64,000 nt of DNA from Squalus acanthias (GCA_030390025.1 CM059431.1:126668001-126732000), one strand, 5' to 3'; shown: positions 37,720-50,700, counted from the first letter of the stretch. Translations and numbers: made by a program. The notes: generated from the letters alone by a model not told the origin.

Positions 37720-40700
37720 TAAAGACAATGCAGCAAATGAAGCTCAGGATCCTGAGGATGAGCAATCCCAGGATTGGAGGCCTGGCACCCAGCCAGGGCC
37801 TCTTGAATTCCCCTTTGCATTGACAAACTTGTCCACAAATACACAAGTGAAGGCCCTGTTTGATACGGGGGCTGATTACACTGTAATAGATCCTGCAATT
37901 ATAAAAACTAAGTGGACAGGTTTGGGAAGTCCAATTTGTAAAAAACCATTAGGGGGATTCACACAAGACGAAAGCAAAATAATAATTTTTTACAAAATAA
38001 CTATTACTATATATGGAATAACGGTGACCCTAGATGTAGGACTGGTACCACAATTGTCCTGTACCCTCATTATAGGACAACCAGACATGCAACATTACCT
38101 TAAAATTTCAACCAAACCTGTAGAAGCATCCACAGACCAGGATGACAGGGAAAATCATGTTCGAACACAGCTTGATCGAACTTGCCTAGAGGGGGGAGGT
38201 AAAGACCTCCTCGAGAAACTAATAAATAAATACTACCCGTATCTACAACGCCATCCAAATCAATGTGGAAAGATAGACATCAAACCCCACCCCCTTGATG
38301 CTGGCTGGCACAAGCCTAAAAAACAGTGACCTATTCAAGACCACAAAGGAAAAATAGATCTCCTAACAACGCTCAAAGAACTAACAGAACAAGGTGCCTT
38401 AATCAAAATGGCATCTAGAACTAATTCACCATTGTTTGGTGTTGCTAAACCAGATGGGAGGTGGAGATTAGTGGTCGATTATACAGCCTTAAATAAGGTA
38501 ACAGCCCCACATACTGCACAACAGCAAAATTCCACAGCCCTTCTCTCTGGAGTCACGAGGGAAAAATATAAATCTTGTATTGATCTAGCAAACGGCTTCT
38601 GGTCACATCCAATCGAAAAAGCTGATTGGCCAAAAACAGCGATGACCGGACCCGATGGTCATCAGCACTGCTGGACCAGATTGCCCCAGGGATTTCAAAA
38701 CAGCCCCGTTCTCTTTTCAGCCCACATCATTGACCTTTTAAAAGACCTACCTAACGTCAATTCTTATGTGGACGATATATATCTGTCACATGACAATCTC
38801 CAAGAGCACTTGAAAGCCATTGATAGTGTTTTATCCAGACTTACAACTGCTGGGTACTTAATCAACATAAAAAAGAGTCAACTAGTTCAGGAAGAGGTAG
38901 ATTTTCTGGGCCTGCGAATAACTGGAAACAGTAGAGGATTAACTCAATCCTATAAAGAAAAATTAGCCACCATTCAATATCCTAAAACTCTGAAAAATCT
39001 GCAAGCCAGTTTAGGACTTCTGAATTTTGCTCGATCCTTCACGCCAACCTTTGCCGAGCTCTCAGCCCCCCTGTATGCTAGAGTGGGCGATGCAGCAAAA
39101 GGACCATTCATATTTTCACCAGACGATTACTCAAAATTGCAACAATTATGCCGAGAGGTACAAAAAGCCATAGACCTGGAACAGAGAGACCTACAAGTTC
39201 CCCTCAATATTCATCTCAGGTCATCACCTAAAGTAGCAGTTGCAGTTTTTTACAATGAAAAGAGCATAGTGCCCATTCAGTTCCATTCTTATAACTTTTC
39301 CAATGTCGAAAGGAGGTACATTAAAAAAGAAAGGGTCATGACTATGGTAATCCAATGCCTCATCAAGGCACGAACCCTTCCAGGGAAATACCGCATTACC
39401 ATTTATACTGAGATTCCCGATTTAAGATCAGTATTGAGGATGGCTTCTGATGAAAAAAGAGCCACCCAGATCTGATATGATAAATGGGCATCATTCTTGA
39501 ATGATCCTGCACTCATTTTTAAATTCCTCTCCCCGGAAATGGACTTAGAGCATCTCCCCATAATGGAGGATGATGATACTGAGGAGGGAATCAGACAAAT
39601 ACCTATGAGACCGCTTACAGAATACGATCAAGTTATTTACTGTGATGGATCGTCAATGACGATTAAGAAAGAGACATCCCAACAATCGTCAGCTGGGATG
39701 GGGATAGTAGTAGGGACTTTTCAAGATTCCTATTCTTTTTATCCAGAAGAATTACTGTCTATACCCCTTGGCCATAAGACAGCACAATATGCTGAAGCCG
39801 CAGCATTACAATATGCTTTAGAAAAGCTAGACCCTATTAAACCCATACTAATCTGCACGGATTAGTAAACGATTACTACTGTAAAAGAGGATATAACCAA
39901 GATCTAGTTTTCTGGGAACAAACAAATTTTACCAATCATAAGGGTAAACCCATAAAACATAAGTCATTGTGGGAAGATATTCTCCGTTCCAGAATGGAGA
40001 AAAATAATTGTCAGGTGTTTCATGTAAACGGGCATACCACTGGGACAGTACACTCAAAAGGAAACAGCCTTGCAGACGAACAAGCGAAACATTCGGTCTG
40101 CATGACACCCCCTCGAGAGGGGCCTGCCAATGTTAGTGTAATCACTAGGGCAGAATGGGCAGCTAATCAGGATGACAAACTGATTCAGCTATTAGACCCA
40201 ACACAAGAGAATCCACCAGGATATCCACCAAAGTACTCTTACTCGGAAACCCCTATGGGTATTGTACTAGTTAAGTTGCCCAAGGGAAATCGAGAAGTAA
40301 CCCGAGCCACAAACGAGAACAGCTTGTAAAAGAACCTCACGAGGGCATAAGTTAAGCACATTGTGGTGCCAGAAGAACATTCTGCAAATTGACCCCCTTA
40401 TATTGGTGGCCAGGCATGCTTAAAGCCTGTAAAACATACGTGGCAAATTGTGAGCCATGCTATTTGACCAATAAGTCATCACTAATTAAGCCACCACCAT
40501 TGGCTCCTGTGAAAGCTGAAGAGCCAATGGGAAAATTCGTTTGTGTGGATGGATGCACTTCCTTTTGCTGGTTGATCCCCACAAAAACTGTTTCGGAAAA
40601 CGCACTTGCCAGGGCTATTTCTGATATAATTACTGTAGCTGGTGCACCCAAAATCTTACACTCCGATCAAGGTGGAGCCTTTGTATCCAAGGTCTTCAAA

Positions 40701-41300
40701 GACTACTGCGAACAAAGGGGGATTGGCTTAGAGCACAGCACGCCACGTCATCTGCAATCAGCGGGGCTGGTGGAACGTAAAAACCAGGAAGTAAAAAAGC
40801 TATTGGTCAAACTGTTGAGAATCAGGGGGAATAAGTGGACCACCATCATTCTGGAGGTGTAGCTATCACTCAATAATGTGCCCACATCTGCATCAGGGAC
40901 AGTGTCCCCTAAAACTCCATATTATCTAATGTATGGGGTTGAGATGCATACACCGCTTACCCATAGTTCTTTTATTGCCTCTACAGACTCTGAGTCCTTG
41001 ACCCGACAGCGACAGTTAGATTTTAAAAAAGAAGTAACAGAGGAGATTCATCGAATTGATCAGAGGATAAGGGAGGCGAATAGGCAGAAAAAATTGACAA
41101 ATAAAGCATGGCAACCCATAGTAGGAGAATGGGTACAGGAAAAGAAGTTCAAGCAGAAACCTGGTTTAAGACCGCAGTGGAAAAAACCTGTTCAAATACA
41201 TTCTGTTATTAATGAAAGAATAGTTCAAATACATGTTAACCAGCCGAATGGCAAGCATATTCTTAAAACTGTCTCCATAGACAATATCAAGAGATGTCCT
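37720..41300 (+). pseudogene. pol: pol (protease, RT, RNase H, integrase) of foamy type, with stops, two frameshifts and an in-frame deletion
   Basis: PR LFDTGA; RT KPDGRWRLVVDY, DLANGFWSHPI, WTRLPQGFQNSP, YVDDIYLSHD; RH YCDGS, AQYAE, GNSLAD; IN GYPPKYSY, YWWPGM...CEPC, HSDQG, VERKN, LRPQWKKP, TVSIDNIK. Confidence 0.95.
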
Positions 41301-41927
41301 GCAGGATACCGAAAAGGAGGAATACAAGGTGCAGTTGTACACTGTCTTTTAAGACCCAGCTTGGAGCACGACACAGGAAATGGATGCGATCGAATTACTG
41401 ACGATGGAAAGTCAGAAGGTGTCGTCGGCTCTTCTACACGTTGCTTGGCAACGCATCAGGAATTGGATTTGCGAAAAGCAACAGCCGAAACAAGGAAAGA
41501 TCAACGAGTTACTTTAACGAAGGAGGAAGACATCGCGGATAAAGAAGGAATCAACTGAGTGCCCCGCAAGGCCTTTACGAATACAAGCATCTGTACACAC
41601 ACCGGATCGAAAGAACAGCGTGTCGAGCTTCAACTAGTTTCAAATGACGTCTCCTTGACTCGTATGAAGAACTCACCTCTACGGAACGTACATCTGCCGA
41701 TTGGACATTCTAAGTACATGTTGTTTCGCTCATTACATGACTATGTACTTATCATCCTTTTAAATTGTGTACAATTTAAAATAAGGCAAAACATTGTCCC
41801 AGGATGATTTAAAAGGAATTTTCATGTCGCACATGATTGTGCATATAGTGAACTTAATATGCTATTGTAACCTTATGAGTACCATTGACCAAACTCTGCC
41901 CTGATTTTATAAGCTCATCTTTTGGTC

Positions 41928-41937
41928 AAGAGCGGGG
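41928..41937 (+). promoter_or_regulatory. 3' polypurine tract
   Basis: AAGAGCGGGG directly abutting the TG of the 3' LTR. Confidence 0.8.
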
Positions 41938-43423
41938 TGTAATGGAATAAACCATATTCTAAGAAATACATCATCCTATGAACAGATTTTGATAATATTA
42001 ATACATGATATACTGGGTTTAAAAGTCTGGAAAGCCTCGGTGACACAGGCTGCAAACACAATACAGGCTTCTGAGATAAGATGGTTTGTTAACACAAAGC
42101 TGTGAAAACAAGCTTTGAAATGGGAATTGGTTTGTAAATACAGAGACAAAGCCCCTTTTGAAGCAAACCATTGGTTCTTCCAGAATGTCTAGAGTTTGGA
42201 ACAAAACAATAGCAATGCCCAAGTAAAGTGTCAAAATCTAACACGTCGAACAGGTGCACAGAACATTAAAAAAAACATGTGCCTTTGAAATAATGACATC
42301 AAGTAAAAGAAATACCTGCCATAAAATAGTTTTATGTTAAACTTAGAAACAGGAAACACAATTAAATATGCAACCAATTGAAATAGCTAAGAAATGCAAA
42401 AAACACCCTGGTTGAAGTGTTTTTGATTTACAAGTTGTAAAAGGTACAAATAGGAAGGCTTTGAAAATATAATATCAATAGATGACACCAAGCAATTACA
42501 TTGTGTTTGTATTGAACGTGGAACACCACGGAGTCAAGACGTCTGGCTTACAAGCAGTTAAGTGATATTAAGAATTCAATAGAAAGACTTCCTAAGAATA
42601 GCATCAAATAGATAAATCGACAATAATCATAAAAATGATAAGTTTTTGAAACACCTAAAGGTAGAGACAGAATTCTAAAAGTTGGCAGCTGAAATGACAG
42701 TAAGAATAGAAAATAATTCAATAAAGAATCACTAGAGATAATTAGCTTACATCAGCAAGAAACTTCAAAGAAAATACCACTAAAAAAAGGTATAAAAATA
42801 GAGCTTTTCAGATAGAGAGTCAGAAGTCGCTGGAAGGGCAAGCGTTTCTCAACTTCACAGGCACGCTCTGTAAGTTTTCAACTCTGAGTCTCGGGTAATC
42901 AAGGTATTTGATTTCGGTTGATATTCTGGATTAAGCAATAAGTAGAAGTGTGGAAATGTAATGAAATTAAGATTTGAGAATAAGGATCTCTGATAAGAAA
43001 TGTAAGCTATTTGTATTTTGAACGGTTAAAGTCGCAATTGACTTATCAGCTGTTAACTGAATGTCGGCTCTTAAATAAATCTATATATTTTTAGAATTGT
43101 CTCATGTAGTATTTCTTTATCAACCTTGCAAACTCAATTTCTGTACACACTTCAGAGAGGAGTTGCAGAATTCTGGGGGGTTTTCCGGACCCTCATAATA
43201 TCCAGAAGGTTACAGTCTAGTTAAACTTATTAGAAGTGCTATCCGGAGGACGGTAACATCTTCAGGCTGTTTCTTTCCTTTAGGGAGAGGTAGTCTGAAC
43301 TTTAGTCCCAATTAAGCATCTCTAGGATTTGGCTACCGCTAACTTTAGTTGAAGATGAACATCTGGGGAATACGCCTGATCTGGGGTAGTCCAAAAGGGC
43401 TAGGACTTGTAATTATCCCTTCA
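41938..43423 (+). repeat. 3' LTR (1486 bp)
   Basis: TGTAA...CCTTCA followed by GTTT; TATAAAA 42791-42797; AATAAA 43074-43079. Confidence 0.97.
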
Positions 43424-45499
43424 GTTTGACCAACCTAAATTAATTTTTTGAAGAGGTAACAGAGAGAATAGACAAGGGTAATGTAGTAGATGTAATTTAT
43501 CTCGATTTTCAAAAGACCTTTGATAAGGTACCACATAATAGACTAATGAATAAGGTCAGGGAATGTGGAGCCGGGGACAAGTATCAGAATGGATAGCTAG
43601 CTGGCTTCAAGACAGAAAGCAGAGAGTAGGCGTAAAGGGTAGCTATTCAGAGTGGCAGAAGTTGGGAAGTGGCGTTCTGCAAGGATCAGTGCTGGGACCA
43701 CTGTTGTTCACAATTTATATTAACAATTTAGACTTTGGAATCAAAAACACAATTCCTAAATTTGCGGACGACATCAAATTGGGGGGGATAACAATACTGA
43801 GGAGGACTGCAACAAATTACAAGAAGACATTAATAAACTTGCACAATGGGCATATAATTGACAAATGAAATTCAACACAGATAAATGTGAGGTATTACAT
43901 TTTGGTAAAGAAAAATAGGGAGGTCACATATTACTTGGAAAATAAGAATCTAAAAGAGGTAGAGGAGCAAAGGGATCTCGGAGTACAAATACACAAATTA
44001 CTAAAAGTATTGACACAGGTTAACAAGGCCATATAAAAAAAGCAAACCAAGCACTCGGGTTTATTTCTGGAAGGATAGAATTGAAAAGTAGTGAAGTTAT
44101 GCTAAACTTGTATCAAACCGTGGTTAGACCATACTTGGAGTACTGCATACAATTCTGGTCGCCATATTATAAAAAGGATATAGAGGCACTGGAGAAGGTG
44201 CAGAGAAGATTTACAAGGATGGTACCAGAAATGCGAGGGTGTACTTATCAGGAAAGGATGAACGGGCTGGGTCTCTTTTTTCACTTCAAAAGAGAAGACT
44301 GAGGGGCGACCTAATAGAGGTCTTTAAAATCATGAAAGGATTTGATAGAGTAGATACAGAGAGAGTGTTTCCACCGGGGAAGAGCAAAACTAGAAGCCAT
44401 CAATATAAGATAGTCACCAAGAAATCAAATAGGGAATTCAGAAGAAATTTCTTACCCAGAGAGTGGTGAGAATGTGGAGCTCGCTACCACATGGAGTGGT
44501 TGAAGCGAATAGTATAGATGCATTTAAGGGGTGGTTAGATGAGCATATGAGGGAGAAGGGAATAGAGCGTTATGCTGATAGAGTTATATGAGGAAAGACG
44601 GGAGGAGGCTCGAGTGGAGCATAAATGCCGGCATGGACTGGTTAGGCTGAATGGCCTGTTTCTGTGCTGTATATCCTATGTAATCCTATGCAACTTACCA
44701 CTTCAGGACACCCACCTCATAATTGCAACATGCCTGAAAGAAATCAGATGAAGAGACACTGAGGGCACAGTTAACCATTACTGCCTCTGACAGCGCCAGC
44801 CCTTTAGTGCATGTTCACTCCAAGTATTTTCTATCAGCATATGCTATGTGGCTGTCTGCTGATTCAGAGCTTGTGCAACCAGTTCCGCATAACCACTGCC
44901 AGTTACACACACCTCTACTTGTGACTGGGGATGGGAGGGCACTGGCAGATGGGTGTAGGTTGCCTCAGGTATAGTTTGACATTGCCTGACATTGCTCCTG
45001 CTATTACTTCAAAAAACATAAGTAAAGGGGTATTCCAATTGGAAAACCCATTGTCCAAATATCATGGACAAACACAAAAATGGCAGTACCAGAACACAGC
45101 ATAAAGCCTCCTGACCAACTAAGCGGAACAAAAAATAATTTTAAAAAGCAAAACCGATGCAGAAATAGCTTTAAAATGCTGCATATAATATTAATCTTTA
45201 ACTGGACTCCCATAAACTTTACACCCTTGCAGCCCTGGATGGCCATTTTATAAGGATGAGTGGATGACTGAACACAATGCGCTGGTGTAAGACTTGAAAT
45301 TGTGTGGGCATCTAAATAGCATAATTGGTGTCTAATTTTACTATAATTAACTGCAATCTGGTGGGTGTTTCTGGCTCCAGTACAAAATGCGACCAATTAC
45401 ATAGAATATATAGCACAGAAACTATCACAGACCATCCTTTTGTTCTTCCCTCTCCTCTCCCCTTTCCCTGACTCTGTACTTGCTTAAAAACTGTTACAT

Positions 45500-46822
45500 C
45501 ATAGAATCATAGAAATTTACAGCACAGAAGGAGGCCATTCAGCCCATCTTGTCCGTACCGGCCGACAAAGAGCTATCCACCCTCACCCACTTTCCAGCAC
45601 TTGCTCTGTAGCCTTGTAGGTTATGGCACTTCAAGTGCATATCCAAGTACTTTTTAAAATATGATGAGGGTCTCTGCCTCTACCACCCTTTCAGGCAGTG
45701 AGTTCCAAACCCCCACCACCCTCTGGGTGAAAAAGTTTCTCCTCAAATCCCCTCTAAACCTCCGACCAATTACTTTAAATCTATGCCACCTGGCTTTTGA
45801 CCCTTCTGCAAGGGAGATAGGTCCTTCCTATCCATTCTATCTAGAACCCTCATAACGTTATACATCTCAATTAGGTCCCCCCTCAGCCTCCTCTGTTCCA
45901 AAGAAAACAACCCCAGTCTATCCAATCTTTCCTCATAGCTAAAATTCCCCAGCCCAGGCAACATCCTCGTAAATCTCCTCTGCACTCCCTCTAGTGCAAT
46001 CACATCCTTCCTGTAATGTGGTGAACTGCATGCAGTATTCTAGCTGCAACCTAACTAGTGTTTTATACAGTTCAAGCATAACCTCCCTGCTCTTATGGTC
46101 TATGCCTCGGCAAATAAAGGAAAGTATCCCGTATGCTTTCTTAACCACCTTATCTACCTGTCCTGCTAACTTCAGGAATCTGTGGACATGCACTCCAAAG
46201 TCCCTCTGATATTCTGCACTTCCCAGTGTCCTGCCATTTATAGTGTATTCCCTTGCCTTGTTAGCCCTCCCCAAATGCATTACCTCACACTTCTCCAGAT
46301 TGAATTCCATTTGCCACTGTTCTGCCCACCTGACCAGTCCATTGATATCTTCCTGCAGTCTGCAGTTTTCTTCTTCATTATCAACCACACGGCCAATTTG
46401 TGCATCATCTGCAAACTTCTTAATCATACTTCCTACATTCAAGTCCAAATCATTAATATATGCCAAAAAAAGCAAAGGACCCAGTACTGAGCCCTGCGGA
46501 ACCCCACTGGAAACAGCCTTCCAGTCACAAAAACACCCTTCGACCATTACCCTTTGTTTCCTGCCTCTGAGCCAATTTTGGATCCAACTTGCCACTTTGC
46601 CTTGGATCCCATGGGCTTTTACTTTCATGACCAGTCTGCCATGCAGGACCTTATCAAAAGCCTTGCTAAAATCCATATAGACTACGTCAAATGCACTACC
46701 CTCATCGACCCTCCTTGTTACCTCCTCAAAAAATTCAATCAAGTTAGTCAGACATGACCTTCCCTTAACAAATCCATGCTGACTGTCCCTGATTAATCCG
46801 TGTCTTTCTAAATGAAGACTAT
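45500..46822 (-). mobile_element. 5'-truncated CR1
   Basis: RT motifs QHGFVKGRSCLTNL, KFADD; (ATAGAATC)n tail. Confidence 0.9.
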
Positions 46823-46856
46823 CTCTAACTATTTCCAGTTCTCGACCTGACACGTT

Positions 46857-47711
46857 GGCTGGGATCTTACCTGAAGAGGCACGTTGGGGGCGGGACTGCT
46901 GCCACGACGTCCAACGCACAGACGCTATTTTGCATCAATTGGCCTTGTTAAGCCTGCCCTGCGGGCTTGCTGGCCAATTAAGAGAAAGCCGGTGTCAGAT
47001 GACGTCAGTTGATGACGCGTCATCTGCCAGTTTTCTTAAAGGGGCCACGACCATTTCTTTTTGACAGATTATTTTTTCAGTGTTTGACAGCATTGAGGTG
47101 CTGCAAACACTGACAATCACTGTACAAAGCTGAGCACTTGCACCCAGGCTCTCCAGTGACTCTCTCAATAGGTTAAAAGAGATGGCATCTGCAGGTGAGG
47201 TTACAGAAGTGATCTGTCACTGGTGAGAGAGGTTCTCCCAATGAGATGGGATTACACAAACACTTCAAAGCTTGTCACATACAGAAAATTCTAAACACAT
47301 TAAAAATGACTTTCCCAACATTTTCTTACCTCTGCAACTCACCAGTGTCCCATTGGATCCTTCACACCACTTCTGCAGCTGTCATCTATACACAAACATT
47401 ACAGTAGACCCACAGCATGCCACACTTACCCTGGAGGGGTTTCCCGACGTTGGGAAGCCCACAGTAGAAGTGTCAAAATTGGAAAAAGCCTCTTAACTGC
47501 CTGTTAACTGCCTGTTAACAAGCAGTTAAGTGGCTATAATCCTCTTCCCACGGCTAGGAGTCGGGTCCCGGTGCAAATCGGGGACCCGACTCCCGGGAAG
47601 ATTGATTGGAGGCGGGTTGGAAGCGGGTTTGGGACCCGCTGCCAATCTTTTTGATTTTGCCAGCAGTCCCGCCTCCAAACCCGACCCCTGAGCGCCGGCA
47701 AAATCGCCCCT
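46857..47711. mobile_element. Harbinger-like MITE inserted in a Penelope terminal repeat
   Basis: GTT on both sides; removal restores CGACCTGACACGTTAACTCTG; homologous to 3451-4277. Confidence 0.75.
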
Positions 47712-50700
47712 GTTAACTCTGTTTCTCTCTCCACAGATGCTGCCTGAGCATTTCCAGAATTTTCTCTTTTTAGTTCAGATTTCCAGCATCCGCAGTATTT
47801 TGCTTTCATATTAGTTTTTAAGTCACTGCCATTTCTCTTCCAGGAATGCCCATTTGCTCTTCTCTCCAACGGGATTTCTGTTTATCACTTTTACCATATT
47901 CACCTTCATTGCTATTCCGTTTCCCTTCTTGTGTTTGATAAACTATCTGCTAAAACTCGGTTTCACAGCCACATCTCGTTCCTCAGCAACTGTCTCCGGC
48001 ACCCTTTCTGTTGTCTTCCAAATTCCCGTTCCACCTTGACCACACCATCTGGTCACTTACCCTCTCTAGATTTTTTCATTGAGAAAGGCTAGAATGACAT
48101 TGGCTGTCTCAATTTCTATACTCACCTCTCACTCTAACCTACCTCCTTCTGAACTTACAGCGTTCTGTTCTCTCCAGTCCAACCCTAACAATGTGATTAC
48201 ACCCGCTGGCAAGTGTGGCGCTGTTATTGTTTTGCGAACGGAGCTCTACCTTGTGGAGGTTGAATGTCAACTCTCCGACACCTCCTCCTACCTCCCCCTA
48301 AACCATGACTCCACCACCGAACATCAAGCCATCATTTCCCATGCCGTCACTGACCTCATCTCCTCTGGAGATATTCCCCACATGGCCTCCAACCTCATAA
48401 TCCCCCAACTCTACACAACCCATTTCTTCCACCTTCCCAAGATCCACAAACAGGACGACCCTAGTAGACCGATCTTTCCAGCCTGTTCTTGACCCACAGA
48501 ACCTACTTATTTCACTCTCAACTCAATTTTTTTCTCCCCTTGTCCACTCTCTTCCCACCTATATCCACGACACTTCCAACAGTTTCCATATTCCTGGCCC
48601 TAACTGTCTTCTTTTCGTCATGGATGTCCAGTCCCTCTACAACTCCATCCCCCACTAGAATGGCCTCTGGGCCCTATGCTTCTTCCTTGAATGGAAGCCC
48701 AACCAGTCCCCATCCATTACCACCTTCCTGCACCTGGCTGAACTTGTTCTTACATTGAACAACTTCTCCTTTGACTCTATTCAATTCCTCCAAATAAAAG
48801 ATGTTGCTATGGGAAAACATATGAGTCCTAGCTATGCCTGCCTTTTTGTGGGATACGTGGAACATAGAGGAGTACAGAAAGTGCAGGGGTGCAATTCAAA
48901 ATGATATTAGGCAAGCAAAGAGAGAGAATGAAAAATTCTTGACAAGTAAAATCAAGGAAAACCCAAAAATGTTTTATAGATATATTATGAGGAAGAGGAT
49001 AACTAAAGAAAGGGTAGGGCCTATTAGAGATCATGAGGGTAATCTGTGTGTGGAGGCGGGAGACGTCAGTAGGGTTCTTAATGAATACTTTGCGTCTGTT
49101 TTCACAAAGGAGAGGGGCGAAGCAGACATTGCTATCGGGAGGGGGAGGAGTGTGAAATATTAGATGAAATAAACATAGTGAGAGAGGAAGTATTAAGGGG
49201 TTTAGCAGCTTTAAAAGTGGATAAATTCCCAGGCCCGGATGAAATGTATCCCAGGCTGTTAAGCGAAGCAAAGGAGGAAATAGCAGAGGTCCTGACGATC
49301 ATTTTTCAATCCTCTCTGGCTTCAGGTGTGGTGCTGGAGGACTGGAGGACTGCTAATGTGGTACCCTGGTTTAAAAAGGGAGAAAAGGATAGACCGAGTA
49401 ATTACAGGCCAGTCAGCCTAACCTCGGTGGTGGGAAAATTATTGGAAAGAATTCTGAAGGACAGGATAAATCTTCATTTAGAAAGACATGGATTAATCAA
49501 GGATAGTCAGCACGGATTTGTTAAGGGAAGGTCGTGTCTGACAAACTTGATTGAATTTTTTGAGGAGGTAACAAGGAGGGTAGATGAGGGTAGTGCATTT
49601 GATGTAGTGTATATGGACTTTAGCAAGGCTTTTGATAAGGTTCCACATGGCAGACTGGTCACGAAGTTAAAAGCCCATGGAATCCAAGGCAAAGTGTCAA
49701 GTTGGATTCAAAACTGGCTCGGAGGCAGGAAGCAGAGGTTAATGGTTGATGGGCGTTTTTGTGACTGGAAGGCTGCTTCCAGTGGGCTTCCGCAGGGCTC
49801 AGTACTATGTCCCTTGCTTTTTGTGGTATATATCAATGATCTAGACTTGAATATAGGGGGTATGATTAAGAAATTTGCAGGTGATACTAAAATCAGCTGT
49901 GTGGTTGATACTGAAGAAGGAAGCTGTAGACTGCAGGAAGATATCAATAAATTGGTTAGGTGGGCAGAACAGTGGCAATTGGAATTCAATTCGGAGAAGT
50001 GTGAGGTAATACATTTGGGGAGGGCTAACAAGGAATGGGAATACACATTAAATGGTAGGACACTGAGTAGTGTAGAGGAACAAAGGGACCTTGGAGTGCA
50101 TGTCCACAGATCCCTGAAGGTAGCAGGCCAAGTAGATAAGGTGTTTAAGAAGGCATACGGAATACTTGCCTTTATTAGCCGTGGCATAGAATACAAGAGC
50201 AGGGGGGTTATGCTTCAACTGTATAAAACACTAGTTAGGCCTCAGCTAGAGTACTGTGTGCAGTTCTGGTCATCACATTACAGGAAAGATGAGATTGCAC
50301 CAGAGAGGGAACAGTGGAGATTTACAAGGATGTTGCCGGGAGTAGAGAAGCTTAGCTATGAGGAAAGACTGGATAGGCTGGGTCTGTTTTCCTTGGAACA
50401 GAGGAGGTTGTGGGGAAACCTTATTGAGGCGCATAAAATTATGAGGGGCATAGATAAAGTGGATAGAAAGGACCTATTTCACTTCACAGAGGGGTCAAAA
50501 ACCAGCGGGCACAGTTTTAAAGTAATTGGGGGAAGGTTTAGAGGGGATTTGAGGGGACCCAGAGGGTTGTGTGGCTCTGGAACTCACTGCCTGAAAGGGG
50601 GTAGAGGCAGGAACCCTAACCACATTTAAAAAGTACTTGGATGTGCACTTGGGATGCTCTAACCTGCAGGGCTACGGACCAAGAGCTGGGAAGTGGGATT

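Larger units (their letters stand above)
35446..43423 (+). mobile_element. Endogenous foamy-virus-like provirus (7978 bp), defective: gag truncated, env absent
   Basis: Paired LTRs, GTTT TSD, Lys1,2-like PBS, polypurine tract (PPT), spumavirus-type Pol motifs. Confidence 0.95.
34200..44690 (+). mobile_element. CR1 LINE hosting the MITE and the provirus (pieces ~34200-34332, 35097-35445, 43424-44690)
   Basis: Joining the flanks restores QHGFQKGKLC|LTNL; same family as 6883-9112. Confidence 0.9.

Noticed and set aside
37398..41807. APOBEC-type G-to-A hypermutation as the cause of proviral stops
   Set aside because: Several stops fit C-to-T changes (CGA>TGA, CAG>TAG), many Trp codons are intact, and LTR differences run in both directions.
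35446..43423. Interpretation as a Gypsy LTR retrotransposon because env is missing
   Set aside because: Pol motifs, the integrase N-terminal extension, Lys1,2 PBS, R-located donor and asymmetric ends all fit foamy viruses better.
49178..50629. 483-aa ORF as an active or domesticated RT
   Set aside because: 5'-truncated CR1 with catalytic DD mutated to GD and an aberrant C-terminus.
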